Below, one piece after another: positions 23,360 to 37,574 of a DNA stretch of 64,000 nucleotides. The position numbers and the translations under genes are program-made. Source of the stretch: Octopus sinensis. Lineage: Eukaryota. The stretch spans positions 139,004,001-139,068,000 of the forward strand of contig NC_042998.1 of the NCBI RefSeq assembly GCF_006345805.1. Direction: 5' to 3'. The notes below the pieces were generated by a model. It was not told where the DNA came from. It worked only from the letters and a program-made list of their open reading frames with translations, and made no database searches. Within the stretch, counting starts at the first letter, position 1, and every line of letters begins with the position of its first letter.

Positions 23360-25099
23360 TAATGATGATAAAGTTATTTTTTTGAGTTTATCATTAATTT
23401 CAAAATTTATTGAAATATACTTGAGATTCTACGTCTCAGTCTATCTAGCTGATAAATTGGTATTAACTAATATAACAAAGCACTTGGAATTACCTTTATT
23501 CAAGAAATAAGCCTAACTAATAACTTTATCATCATTATTAAGTTGGTGTTTAGAACATAATTAATTTCAAGGGAAGGTTTTAATTTTAATCATTTTAAAA
23601 TGTAAAGGTTTGTATTGTAAAACCAAGAGCAGTCTTACAAGAGTTGCTACCAAAAGGTGTGAGTGATTGTTGTTGAAACAGTCAATAGACGAGATCAAGA
23701 AAGAGGTTAAAAGAGAAAATAAGAAGTAAAAATGGCAAGTTAAGCCTGTAGGTCAATGTCTTATTGAGAGAGAAATTTGTCTAACCTACTTAATGCCACT
23801 TTGAATACCAACTCACATCACTGCAGTTTGAAGCAAAAAATTAACTGTACCATGTTTTTAAACAGCCTAGGACAAGTAGAAGTTAGGTGATAAACTGTTT
23901 ATCTAGGGACACACTGAAAAATAGAACCTCATATTCACACACAATTTATTCAAATAAAAATACCCATGTGAACAGTTGCAAATCCCACACATCTCAGATG
24001 CATATATAATAAAAACATATACATCAAGGTGGTGCCCCAGCATGGCTACAGTCTAGTGACCGAAACAAGTAAAAGATACATACTTTAAAAAAAAAAAAAA
24101 AAAAAAAAACACATTGAAACAAGAAACCCACATAGTCAGGCACATACATGCAATAAATTTCATAGTAGTAGTAGTGTATAGCAGTGAAAGGAAATTGTCG
24201 TCTATTGATTTGCATTGAAATTTGTTTTACCTTTTATCTTGTACTTGTTTCAATCATTGGACTGTGGCCATGGTCATGCAGGGGCCACCACCTCCCAACG
24301 TTTAGTCAAACAAATTGATCCCAGTATTTATTTTTAAGTCTAGTGTTTATTCTATTGGGCCCTTTGGCCAAAATGCTAAATTACAGCTATGTAAACAAAT
24401 CAACACTGATTTACAAGCAGTGGGGAGGGGGACAGACAGACAGACACACACATGCAGTTTCCAGCTACAAAGTTCACTCACAAGGCATTGATCAACCCAG
24501 GGCTGTAGTAGAAAACACTTCCCAAAGTACTGCACATTGGGACTGAACCTGAAACCATATAGTTGCAAAGCAAGCTTCTTACCCACGAGCTATGCCTGTA
24601 TCTAATGTTAATTTTTTTTATTTAGAAAAAAATCCATTAAGCTTCAATTGGTTTAATGAAGGCCTTGGTAGTAACTCAATATTTGACTTCATTACACTGG
24701 CCAATTTTTTGGTTGCTATTCGTGTTGAAAAATATTTACAGAACATCTCTATTTACCTGGGGTTTTTTTAAAGTTCATTTATTTAGCGTTAAACATTTGA
24801 TGTAAGCATTTTTTAAATGACAAATATCAGTTGTCCTTTACAAGAGAATGTTGCTAGTTGTGTTGTGCCAAATAATTCCTGACTCAGTGTGCAATTAAAG
24901 TTTGTTAATAGTAAAGTCCAGTGACTGGGCTAAAGTTACTATGTACAGGATTTGTATGTGTGTGTGTATTTGTGTTCACAGATTAATCCAAATATGTCCT
25001 TTATGCACTTGTTTTATTCATTTGTCAGATCAGTTAATGATAACTATTTTATAGATACATATAGTTAATACATCAGTAATATATTATTATTATTATTAT

Positions 25100-26770
25100 C
25101 AGTAGTTCAAATTCTGCCATGGTCAGCTTTGCCTTTTATCCTTTCAAGGTTGAAAATTAAATCCCAGTCAAGTACTGGGATCAATATGGTTAATCGTCCC
25201 CCTCCTCACAAAAATCCAGGCCTTGTGCCTATAGTAGAAAGGATTATTATTATTATTATTATTATTGGTAGAATTGTTAGCACACCAGGCAAAATGCTTA
25301 GCAGTGTTTTACCTGCTGCTATGTTTTGAGTTCAAATTCTGTCACGGTCAACTTTGCCTTTCATCCTTTCAGGGTCAATAAATTAAGCACCAGTGAAACA
25401 CTGGACCGATTACATCAGTCTACTACCCTCCCCTCAGATTTCAGGCCTTGTACCTATAGTAGAGAGGATTATTATTATTGAGAGAGTAATGCATACCATC
25501 AAAGTGACATTAGGTTACAAATATACAAAACTCAATATACCCAGCATGACTACCCATCTGATAAAGGTACACTAGGCATATGCATCACAACCATATGTGC
25601 ATGACATGGTGACCTTTTATCAAGATAAACAGTGCATGACCTTGCATGTGGTGCCAAGTTAGAATTTTCTTCAGGTTGTGTAGCGCATTCTGCTTAAAAG
25701 GTCCATGAATGAGGATTGTTTAAGGATGATGAACAAAACATCCATGTTTCCAGAGGTGAATTATTCAAACCCCAAAGAATTCCTCTCAACACACAGCTAT
25801 GATGCTCCCCCACTACTGTTGCTCGTGATCAGAGATGCACATATTGTCACCCACTAAGGGACATGCTAACTGGTTATGGTCAAGCAACTGACAAGCGAAA
25901 CTGTGGTATTGAGCAAATATATTTGCTGTTGCCCATTTTTTTTTTATACCAAGACAAAATATGTACATGATAACACTTCCAATAAGTTAAGATCAGAAGC
26001 CATGAGAGCCAGTGCCTGATACTGCATCAGGATTATTATTACCATTATTATTATTATGGCAGTGAGCTGCAGAATCATTAGCACACTGGGTGAAATGATT
26101 AGGGTCATTTCATCCTTCTTCATATTCTGAGTTCAAATTCCACCATGGTTGACTTTGCCTTTTGTCCTTTTGAGATTGATAAAATGAATACAAGTTGAGC
26201 ACTGGTATCAAAGCAATTGACTTATCCCCTCCCCTAAAACTGTTGGCCTTGTGTCAAAATTTGAAATCATTACTATTATTAAGGCTGCAAGCTGGCAAAA
26301 TTGTTACTGCGTTGGACAAAATGCTCAGCAGCATTTCGTCCGTTTTTACATTCAGCATTCAAATTCTGCTGAGGTCAACTTTGCATCTCATCTTTTCCAG
26401 ATCAATAAATTAAGTACCAATGAAACACTGGGCTTGATGTAACCGACTAGTTCCAACCCCACCCCACAAGTTCTGGGCCTTGTGCCTATAGTAGAAAGGA
26501 TTAGTATTATGTACAGGGTGCACCAAAACATTTGACATATTTACATTATTATTATTATTATTTATTATTATTATGAAGGCTTGGAGCTGGCAGAATCGTT
26601 AACACTGGGAAAAATGCTTAGCAGCACTTCATCCAGCTGTACGTTCCAAGTTCAAATTCCGCCAAGGTCAACTTAACCTTTCAAGTTGAGTATTGGGGTT
26701 GATGTAATTGACTTACCCCCTCCCCCAAATTTCAGGCCTTGTGCCTATAGTAGAAAGGATCATTATTATT
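25100..26770 (+). mobile_element. Cluster of tRNA-derived SINEs with a Nin/Deu-like central domain
   Basis: Repeated gctggcagaat..gttcaaattc..gtc.actttgcctttcatcctttc..ataaaataagtacc with (ATT)n tails; copies near 25100, 25266, 26057, 26283 and 26575. Others at ~4000, 29280, 29431, 60940, 63615 (+) and 17420, 26900, 27490, 29640, 41690, 56140, 56380 (-). Confidence 0.8.
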
Positions 26771-27762
26771 ATTATTATTTCCTTATTTGGGTGTTTTAGT
26801 TCATTTGAAGGAAGTGAAGATTATGTTTAATATTTGGCTTAAAAACAGTGTTACTTCATGTGTGTGTGTGTGTGTAATACACACATTTTAGTTTTTAAGC
26901 CCTGAGGAAGGGGACAAGTCAATTGCCCCAACTCCAGTACTTCACTAGTACTTTATTTTATCGACCTTGAAGGAATAAATGGTGAAGTTGACCTTGGCAG
27001 AATTTAAACTCAGAATGTAAAGAGCTGGAAGAAATGCCACTAAGCATTTTGCTTGATGTGCAAATAATTCCGCCAGCTTGCCGCCTTTACACACACATAC
27101 ACACACACACACACACACACATACACCTATAATTTAGACCTCCCATGTTATTATGTTCAAAATCATCCTTGAAATAGTTTGTTTTGTTTAGAAGACAGTA
27201 TTATAGTTTTCTTGTTGGCATAGGCTAAATCAACTGGCCAAGCAGGTATTTATTTAGGTTTTGTGACAGCAGTCGACTGGTTGTTATAATAATATCTTGT
27301 CCAAACACCATTACTGTCACACTAAGCTTTGCTGGAATGGGATGTATAAATAAATATTGAGCTATAAAGAGTTTCAGTTGAATTAGGTCCAGAGAAAGTT
27401 GAACACAATATATAAGGTGAAGCAATGTAATTTAAAAAATGTAACTTTTGTATCTAAATATAATTCTCTATATTAATAATGATAATAATAACCTTTCTAC
27501 TATAGGAACAACACCTGAAATTTTGTGGGTAGGAGTATAGTCAATTACATTGGAACACAGTGCTCAACTGGTGCTTATTTCATTAACCTCTCCACCTTCA
27601 CCCCCAAAGGATGAAAGGCAAAGTCGACCCTGGTGGCATTTGAACTCAGAACATTCAAATGCTGCTAAGCATTTTGTCCAGTGTGCTAACACTTCTGCTA
27701 GCTCACCACCTTATATACTACTAATAATAATTACTCTTATTATCATCATCATTTTATTATTA

Positions 27763-28088
27763 TTACTTCTGCCTTAGCGAAGGCAGAGGTATTGTTTTCA
27801 GTCACGTTTGTTTGTTTGTTTATGGGCAAGATATCTCAAGGACTGCTGGATGGATTCGGATGAAACTTTCAGAGATGTGTGGCCTCATGACTGGCATGAA
27901 CTGATTAGATTTTGGGTTCTATCCGGTACCAGACAAGGACTCTGGATTATTTTTCCTTTTTGTTTTTACTTAATTTTTGAGAGCAGTCGAGTAATTTCAG
28001 ATATTCTCATTTTAAAAATCACCTCAGGCTAATCGGTGAGAGGACATGTTGCCTTGGTGGAAGTTTGCGCTCTCTGAGTGCTCTTGTT
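27763..28088 (+). mobile_element. Helentron-associated (HINE/DINE-1-like) non-autonomous element
   Basis: 5' hairpin ACTTCTGCCTT-AGCG-AAGGCAGAGGT, (GTTT)n tract, and 3' CCTTGGTGGAAGTTTGCGCTCTCTGAGTGCTCTTGTT. Confidence 0.7.
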
Positions 28089-28099
28089 ATTATTATTCT

Positions 28100-29260
28100 G
28101 CAAAATCAAATCAAAACAAATCAAAATAGATGAACATCAATGGAATTTGTATCTTTGTGGTACCAGTGCCGGTGGCACACAAGAAAACCATCCGAACGTG
28201 GCCGTAGCCAGTGCCGCATCGACTGGCCTCCGTGCTGTGGGCACGTAACAAACACCATCCGATCATGGCCGTTCGCCAGCCTCATCTGGCACCTGTGTCG
28301 GTGGCACATAAAACACCATCCGAAGACCCGGCAAGACTAGTCAGGCCATAACCCGTGGCCCCTACCTGGGACGTAGTCAGTCCACCTGTGCATACCTTCC
28401 TTCTTGTGACACTTGTGATGACCTGTTGAGGCAAGTGAAAATCAAAACAAATCAAAATAGATGAACATCAATGGAATTTGTATCTTTGTGGTACCAGTGC
28501 CGGTGGCACACAAGAAAACCATCCGAACGTGGCCGTAGCTAGTACCGCATCGACTGGCCTCCGTGCTGTGGGCACGTAACAAACACCATCCGATCGTGGC
28601 CGTTCGCCAGCCTCATCTGGCACCTATGTCGGTGGCACATAAAAACACCATCCGAAGACCCGGCAAGACTAGGCACCTGTGTCGGTGGCACATAAAAACA
28701 CCTTCTGAAGACCCGGCAAGACTAGTCAGGCCATAACCCGTGGCCCCTACCTGGGACGTAGTTAGTCCACTTGTGCATACCTTCCTTCTTGTGACACTTG
28801 TGAAGACCTGTTGAGGCAAGTGAAAATCAAAACAAATCAAAATAGATGAACATCAATGGAATTTGTATCTTTGTGGTACCAGTGCCGGTGGCACACAAGA
28901 AAACCATCCGAACGTGGCCGTAGCCAGTACCGCATTGACTGGCCTCCGTGCTGTGGGCACGTAACAAACACTATCCGAGCGTGGCCGTCTGCCAGCCTCG
29001 TCTGGCACCTGTGTCGGTGGCACATAAAAAACACCATCCGAGCGTGGACGTTCGCCAGCCTCGTCTGGCACCTGTGTCGGTGGCACATAAAATCACCCAC
29101 TACACTCTTGGAGTGGTTGGCGTTAGGAAGGGCATCCAGCTGTAGAAACACTGCCAGATCTGACTGGCCTGGTGCAGCCTTCGGGCTCCCCAGACCCCAG
29201 TTGAACCGTCCAACCCATGCTAGCATGGAAAGCGGACGTTAAATGATGATGATGATGATG
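28100..29260 (+). repeat. Internally triplicated RTE-type 3' UTR, ending in the shared tail
   Basis: tagatgaacatc at 28127, 28458 and 28843 (periods 331 and 385); near-identical units; (GAT)n end at ~29243-29260. Confidence 0.9.
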
Positions 29261-29875
29261 TTCTTAGTTCAAATTCTGCCAAGGTCGACTTTGCCTTTCA
29301 TCCTTTCGGGATCAATGAAATAAGAACCAGTTACGCACTGGGATCAATGTAATCAACTTATTCCCCACCCCACTAAATTTCAGACCTTGTACCCATAGTA
29401 GAAAGGGTTATTATTATTATTATTATTATTAAGGCAGTAAACTGGCAGAATTGTTAACATGCTGGACATTTCAGCTGTCTTTATGTTCTGAGTTCAAATT
29501 CTGCCAAAATCAACTTTGCCTTCCATCTTTCAAGAAAATAAGCACCAGATGAACATTGGGCTCGATGTAATTGACTAATCCCCACCCTCCAAATTTCAGG
29601 CTTTGTGCCTATCATAGAAAGGGTTATTATTATTATTATTTTTAATTTTGGTACAAGGCCAGCAATTTTGAGGGTAGGGGAAAGTCGATTACACCAGCTC
29701 CAGTACTTGACTGATACTTATTTTATCAACCCCATAAAGATGAAAGGCAAAATTGATCTCACCAGCATTTGAACTCAGAATGTAAAGAGTTGCAAGAAAT
29801 ACCACTTGGTATTCTGTCAGTTCATTGCCTTAAATAATCCTTTCTACTATGGGCACAAGGCCTGAAATTTTGGAA

Positions 29876-30566
29876 TCTCCTGCAACTCTTTTGGATGGTC
29901 TCCTTGTTTAAGTTTGTGAATGCTGCCATATTCCTTGCCATCAGTTCATCTTTGGTGTGTTACAAGGACTTTTGTTGGTTTCTCACTCAACTGCATCCAA
30001 CACATAATAATCAAGGGGGTTGCAGTCTGGGGAGTTAAATGGCCAGATGTTAGGAGTGATGTGGTCACAGAAATTGTCTGACAGCCATGACTGGGTTTTC
30101 CTTGTGTGGCATGGTGCAGAGTCCTGTTGCCAGACATAGAGTCTTCCAGCAGCCACCCTCTTGACTCAGGGCAGCACTATCTCCTCCAGGCATTTGATGT
30201 AGGCTTCCGTGTTGAATCTGAGGCTGTGTGGGAAGATAAAGGGAGGCATAATAGCACCATCACTAGTAAACACTCCAAACATCATGATGTTGGTCGAATG
30301 TTTGATTTTTATCACTCTTGGTGCATGTCTTCAGACTGACACCCGAACACTCTGAAATGTTTGTATTGGAGCTACTGGCACAAATGCCAAGCAATACAGC
30401 ATATCATTTCCAAATTTCTGGTACAGTGAATTGCGTCATGGTGCTGTTCTCAAAGATAGTGCCCAACTGACCCTACTATACTGTGTAGTCGACAATCAAA
30501 ACAAGCAATGTACATTCACGAAATTAAAAATATGAAATGGTGACAATTTACTCATAGCACCCTTTA
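29876..30566 (-). mobile_element. maT/DD37D-type Tc1-mariner remnant
   Basis: Minus strand gives IMMFGVFTSDGAIMPPFIF ... VWQQDSAPCHT.RKTQSWLS ... IWPFNSPDCNPLDYYV; D-to-D spacing is 36 in this copy. TIR-like end ctcatagcacccttta at 30551-30566. Confidence 0.8.
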
Positions 30567-31711
30567 TATGTGTGTTACTTTCTTAGCCTTGACATCATGT
30601 GATAGTTGTAACCAAGCATCATTGTCATGAAAGTGATGGCCTTCATTTCCGATCTTCTGTGAAAATATGTGGTCATGAGGAAATATTACCTCACTTGGAA
30701 ACAGGTGAGGATTGGCAGTAGGAAGGACATCTGACTATAGAAAATCCATCTTGACAAATTCCATCTGAACCATGCAAGCATGGAAAAGTGGACATTAAAA
30801 CAATGATGATGATATATCAGCACACACACTTCTTTCAGTCTCCATCTACCAAATCCACTTACAAGGCTTTGGTTAGACCAGGGCTATAGTAGAAGACACT
30901 TGCCCAAGGTGAGACTGAACCTAAAACCATGTAGTTGGAAAGCAAAAGATTCTTAGCCACACAACCACGTCTACATATACTTTTGTTTATTAAAGCTGAA
31001 TATTATAGTGGCTAAATCTAAACATTTGGCACTGACCAGACATTCTTCAGATTGTATTGTAATCAAGAAGGTTTTTTTTTTTAATATAAATCAGTTATGG
31101 ATTCCATTATGAGATTTAGCTTTATAGGTGAGTACTGCATAACATCTAGTAGTTCAGTTGGCTTTCATCTTATTGCTATAATTTCACTGCGTAGAATTTT
31201 TCTAGTCAGCATTTCAGTATGATTTTATTTTATTTTTTCGTTAATATATCAAAATGCTCCATCAAGATATTAGTGTTTAGCGTTCGATAGCATTTAGTGT
31301 TCTTCTCAAATTATGTCTTGTCTTTCACCAAATTATGGCTGTCTTTTCCGTGTCAACGTTTCAATATGATTTTAATTTTTTTGTTTTTTAATACATCAAA
31401 ATAATCTATCATGATATTCAAGATATGTTTTACAGCTATACAGCTATGCAGATCTTATAGTGTTTTCTTAATCTAATTATAATGTCTGTAAGCATAAGCA
31501 TCACTATAGGTGCAGATATTATCACAGGTCCAAGTATGGGGCTGCAGTCATGGGTTTGGCTGCATTCTTAAAAAATTCACTCATAACCGCAAGGTTTTGA
31601 GTTCAATTTCACTTTGTGACACTATGGGCAAGTATCTGCTAATGTATCCTTGGGTTGACCAATGCCTTATGAGTGACATTCGGAAGAAAGAAACTGTACA
31701 AGAGCCTATAA

Positions 31712-31760
<49 letters not shown>

Positions 31761-32679
31761 ATGTGTGTACATATATATATTTTAATTCCATATATTAAAT
31801 TAGAGATAAAACCACTATTAGGCAAATCAAACAGTGAAAACATAAGCCAATACATAGAAATAAAATTAATTAATATAATATACAAAATATATAAAATTCA
31901 AAATTTAAATTATATTTTAATTCCAAGAAAGAGGTTGTGAATCCAACCAACTAAGCAATAAGAGAGCAATGAGAAAATGGAGGGGATCAATAGGTGGTTC
32001 ATCAACTTTTAGACATTATATTATATCAACTTATTTTTTAAAATAACAAAGAATTTAGCAAAATAATTTTGGCATTACCAATATGGAGTTTGAAACATAA
32101 ATTAGCATAAAGTTTTAATTTAAATCACTTTGAAACAAGTAGTTTGTATCATAAAATAAGGGATAGTCTCAGACAGGGTGATATCAAAAGGGTTTTAAAG
32201 GGAGACCTTTTCTTAATTTGTAATTACATTAGGTTTCTTCGATGTTGTTCTCACTAATCTTCAGAGCTTCCAATTATATTGCCAGCATTTCTTATGCAAT
32301 TGTTGCTAATTTTAACAATATTTTTAATTATATAATATTTTGATTGGCTTGAAAACCCTTCCTGAGTAAGGCCACAAAATCCCTTACTGTATTTGGTATG
32401 GCGTTCTTTCTGTATGGCAGTTTGTGTATATCTTACCTGAAGAATTACAGTAATAAGATGAAGCCCAATTTTTCTACTAAAAGTATACAGTCCAGCACTT
32501 ATTTCTATTCCTTGCCAAACTCTTCAATCTTTCTTTCTATATAGTGTTCTATGGAAACCTACAATTGTATGTCCCATTCTCATAGGGTCTCTCATCCTGT
32601 CTGTTGTGAACCTACAGTCCTCACCTCATCTCAAAGTCATCAGCAGAATCTTTCATTATCATTTCAGTCTCTCTCTCAC

Positions 32680-32960
32680 TACCTTTCTCCATGCATTCCT
32701 CAATAATGACCATTCACATTCACTGTAAACCTTGCTCTCCTGTTTGTCTTGAATCAGTAAATACTCATCTTTGAAAATCCCAGTAAAAGCAATATCATTG
32801 CACTTGACATTAAACAAAGCCTTTGACCATATCTGGCATGAGAACCTTCTAGTAAAATTATTGGCCTATGCACTCCATATGTTTCTTTTCAAAATCACTC
32901 CACTAAAGCTTACACTAACAACCCTTATTCTGTCAACTCTAATGTACCCTAAGGTTCAAT
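32680..32960 (+). mobile_element. LINE reverse-transcriptase remnant
   Basis: LTLNKAFDHIWHENLLVKLLAY resembles the LD.SKAFD.VWH..LL.KL..YG motif. Confidence 0.75.
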
Positions 32961-35900
32961 AAGGCGCTAGAACTGATAAGATTAATGGAATTGGTTTTCT
33001 TATTGAACATCAGTACATCAATACCTATAAGAAAAATGCAGATGGGGAGGGTATTCCCACAGGTTATAGTTACTTCTCTCTCATTTATATACATATTTAA
33101 ATGTATATTAGTGCATGTGTATAATAACATGAAATATGTATATATATTGTTTTATGCTATTGCAAATAGTAAAACATATATCCAATAAACAAATGCTTGT
33201 GATAATTGTTTCTATTCAAAAAAGAATCTCCTTTATTAACCGATAATGTTCATTATGAAAGCCAATATTCATTACTGATGTAAATTTGCCAAATAAATTA
33301 TCAAAAATTCTGTGTTAGTTCATGACGTAGACTTATTCTATTATTAATGCAACATAGCTTTCTCTGGTCGTTTTCTGAATGTAGTTTATAATACTTTAGC
33401 CACCTAATTTGTTTTCAGTTTGGAGGCAGATGTATAGTATGAAAGAGATTTTTAAGTAATACTACATTTGTTTGTGGGCAAATGTGTGAATGTGTAGTGG
33501 GAGAACCTTGCTTTCTAGCCATGTGGTCTCAGTTTCAGTCCTACTGCATGGAACCATAGGCAAGTGTTTTCTACTGTGACCCTAGGCCAATCAAAGCCTT
33601 GTAAGGGGATTTGGAAGATGGAAATTGAAAGAAGCCCATGTATGTGCGTGTTTGCGTGTACCCTCATCTTGACATCTCATGATGATTCTAAATGAACATT
33701 GCTTTCATAAAATTGATATTGTTTGTTTCTAATCTTCCATAAAATTCATGTCTGACCATGGGGAAATGTTACCTTGCTTGGAAATAGGTGAGGGTTGATG
33801 ACAGGAAGAGCACCTAGCTGTAGAAAATCTGCTTCAACAAACTCCTTCTGACTTATGTAAGCATGGGAAAAGTGGACATTAAAAATCCATGATGATGATG
33901 AAGTCTAACAAATGTCTGTTGAATGCACCAATTGCAATTTTGATGCTGTTTATCTGGGAATCCTGAACAGAGAAGATTTGTAGTTGTAGGAAAAATTAAG
34001 TATGATCTGTTTTTATGCATGTATTGTGCTGTGTTTGTGTAAGTGAGTGTTGTTGTGTATGTATGTGTGTGCAACTTCAACTTGAATCATGCCTTGAGCT
34101 CAGAAAAATCTCCTAAGAAACTGTTAGTCAAGTATGCATGTTGTCTGAAAATATGCCATAAGCTAATGGAAATATGTAATAAATTTTGAAATGTTGGGTT
34201 TCATATATCTAAGGCATGTATTGCTGTATAGAGCTAACTTAAGATTTGAATCTAGATTCAATAAGAAAAGGAGTACTTAGGAACCTTAATGTAGCTGGAT
34301 GGTAGCTGGGGGTGCTACAAACTAGTTTAGATGAATGTAAGGACTGATACTGAGTAAGGGATACTCTAGTTCTCATCACATGATAAACTTATCTATTCTG
34401 ATGCTACTATAATCCAGTACATTGTATAAAATATTTGGTTGTAGGATGGCCATCCAACCATAGTAGAAAAAAAAAGTACCATCTCAATTCTTAAAACTCT
34501 TAGGGGCCAGTTACCCAGTTTCCATCAACTGAGATCACATCATTCCCACTGAATGCTTCACCAGGCCATCACAGGGTTACATTCAGTCGAGTGGACAGGA
34601 GCAGTGTGAAATTAAATGTTTTGTTCAAGAATACAATACACCATCCAGTCTGAGGATTGAAATCACAACCTTACGATCATGAGTTCAACCCCTTAGTTCC
34701 CTTGACCATGTGCCTTTACTACCTGACCCTAGAAACCATGCCAGAAATGGAATGCATAAGTAAGATGTGGATCCTGGTTCACTTGAAACACTATATGAAG
34801 CAATTTTTATAAGGATGCAATGGCCCAGTTAAGTTGACATTGCTTTTTATTTATGCATGCACACATATTTACCTATAATAATAATAGGTTTAGATAGATA
34901 TTCTTTATGGATAAGATAAAACTCCACCCAGAATTCATCATCATCACTGTTCAGTGTGGACAGTGTGTTTTATTACTACTTTGACATTAGAGAAGTGTCC
35001 CAAATAAGAAGGAATAAACAATGATATATTGCAAAACAATGACTATAATAATATAGAAGACTATAACACTACTATAAATATCTCATTGTTATTATCATCA
35101 TTGTTGTTTTAACGTTTATTTATGTTTGAACTGGCTTACAGGGAGTTTATTGAGGCAGATTTTCTATAACCAGATGCCCTTCCTGTTGCTAACTCTCACC
35201 TGTTTGTAAGCAAGGTATTATTTTTGCATAGCCAGACATGTCTTCTCAGAATAGTAGAAAGGAATAGTATTGCCTGTATGATGGTAGTACTCATTCACAA
35301 CTTTCACGCGATGTCAAGACAAGGAAATACAAACACACATGTATACTTACATACACACATATAGCAAACTTCTTTACACTTACAAGGCTTTATGTCAACC
35401 TGGGGCAATAGTACAAGAGTCTTGCCCATGGTGCCACACTCTGGAATTGAATATGAAACCATACAGTTGGGGGTAATTTAATTCCATCACTGTTCCAATA
35501 TTATCACTTCTTCACATGAGATACACAATAGTAACAGGAAATTTGAAGTGATGAAATAGTAAAGCATTGGCTTTGAATAAACTCTCATATATGTATTGTA
35601 ATTTTCCCATTTTGTTTGTACATTTCTCTACTACCCTACCCATTTTTACATAATTTATTCGACTACATGTATATACATAACTTATAGATATATCTAGCCA
35701 ATGTTTTGGCATTCTAAATTTTTTATCTTTTAGAAACATTATTATGTATAAAATTAGTTTCAGGTAAAATACTGTATAATATTGGTTCAGATATCTGATT
35801 TTTTGAAACTCCAGACTGTGTTAAAATAAATTGTCTCTCTTCGGTTAATGTTATCATCAATTGTGTCTTTTAATATCATTATTTGTTTTAAAACAGCCCA

Positions 35901-36803
35901 AATTACTTTCATCTGTTAACTTTTTTTTTTCAAACTTCTATACTGATTAATTTTTTTATTTTCTTATTAATGATGTATTTAGTCTTTGTCAAAGCACCCT
36001 CTAATAGAATCATACCAATCTTATTGTTATGAGCAGCACAGAGGCTGTACACATATCAAGAAAATGGTCTCATAGCCCTTCAACTAAACACAAACTGCAC
36101 ATCACTAGAACCATCCAGTTTGCTACAAATGCCAAGCCTCACTATCACTGAAGACCTCTCTTGCTGAACATGCATCCTCATCATAGCAACCATTAGCCTT
36201 CCTGTTCAGAACCAGGATATACTTCAGCCACCAGTAATGCCTAACTCACCACAAAGTTCATGAGAAATGCACAGTGGTGTACTACTTCCACATCTGAGTG
36301 TTACTGTTATACATACAGACATCTTGGACTGCATTTAAAAAAAAAGGGGTCACCTGATTGATTGATATAAACAGACTCGTAGCCATACATATTTAGTTTT
36401 AGTAAACAGGTTTTGTTGACATGAAAAAAATCTGAGAAAACACTAAGTTGAAATGCTCTAGTTACCAATCTCATTACTTAACCCAAATCAGTGAAATCAT
36501 ATGAATCAAGAACTAATGTGTATCTTTACATAGGCACAACTGTTGTGTCATACTGTGTAATGAAAGATGTAATTAAGTTACTCATTAGTTAACGTTCTAC
36601 ATTATGACAATTTGTTACAGACACCACTCCTGCTAATCAAATACACTATGGAAGTACAAAACGTTTGAACACTACACAGGCATGATGTCATCATTCATTT
36701 TTAGCTTTACTTTTCTATGCTAGCATGAGTCTGAGTAAGGAATTATTTTGAAGTAGGATTTTACAACCAGTTACTCTTCTTGTCACTGACCCTTATCTAT
36801 TTT

Positions 36804-37574
36804 GGGGGCTAATGCAGTTTCGCACCTCTCCTTGAAAAATGCATTTTTTTAAAAAGCTTTTTTTGTATTCCTCCATTTTAGATGCCAAAGATTATGAATA
36901 TGCAAAACAAAAAATTATTTTTTAATTCCACCTCTTCCACCCGAGACCCCAATTTAAATTTTTGATTTTGTTTACTTTAAAGAGATCATAGCAAATTGAC
37001 AAACAAATGCAAATCGAAATTAAATCTAGGCAAAAACATTAAAGTGAAAAGAATTTGCATTTTACTTGTGTAAATAATAATTTAATGTAAATTAAATATA
37101 CTCCATTTTATGAGAAACAATCATTGTTTAATAATTAATGTTATAAAGTTTGATAAGAGGCTCAAATTTCACCCCTCCCCCAATTTTAAATTTTGAACAT
37201 TTTCATCCATTTATTTATTTATCTGCCTATCTATTTATGTCTGTTTATTCATAAAATATATTTGTCAACTAAATGTGGCAGTTCTATAGAAGATAGTATT
37301 ACGGTTGTTTTTAGCCCCAGGAAGACATATCTATCTATCTTTTTGTACACATATCTATATGCTTATTGAATTAAAAATTTTGAAACATGGTTTCTTCCAT
37401 CATCTAAAACAATGGGAAAAAAATTTCAAAAATTTTCAAAATTTTATTTGGGTGGGGTGTAAATTTTTTTTATTTTTTGCATATTTGTAATCTCTGACAT
37501 CTAAAACGTAGGAATAGGAAAATTTTTTTTTTAATGCATTTTTCAAGGAGAGGTGCGAAACTGCATTAGCCCCC
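36804..37574. mobile_element. 771-bp non-autonomous TIR element nested in a SINE
   Basis: Perfect 42-bp TIR GGGGGCTAATGCAGTTTCGCACCTCTCCTTGAAAAATGCATT, with imperfect inverted similarity continuing to ~150 bp. TATTTT occurs on both flanks. Confidence 0.9.

Noticed and set aside
28121-29242. Repeated ORFs and a CRISPR-like repeat pattern
   Set aside because: The spacers are themselves repeated, the host is eukaryotic, there are no cas genes, and the array is a duplicated retroelement UTR.
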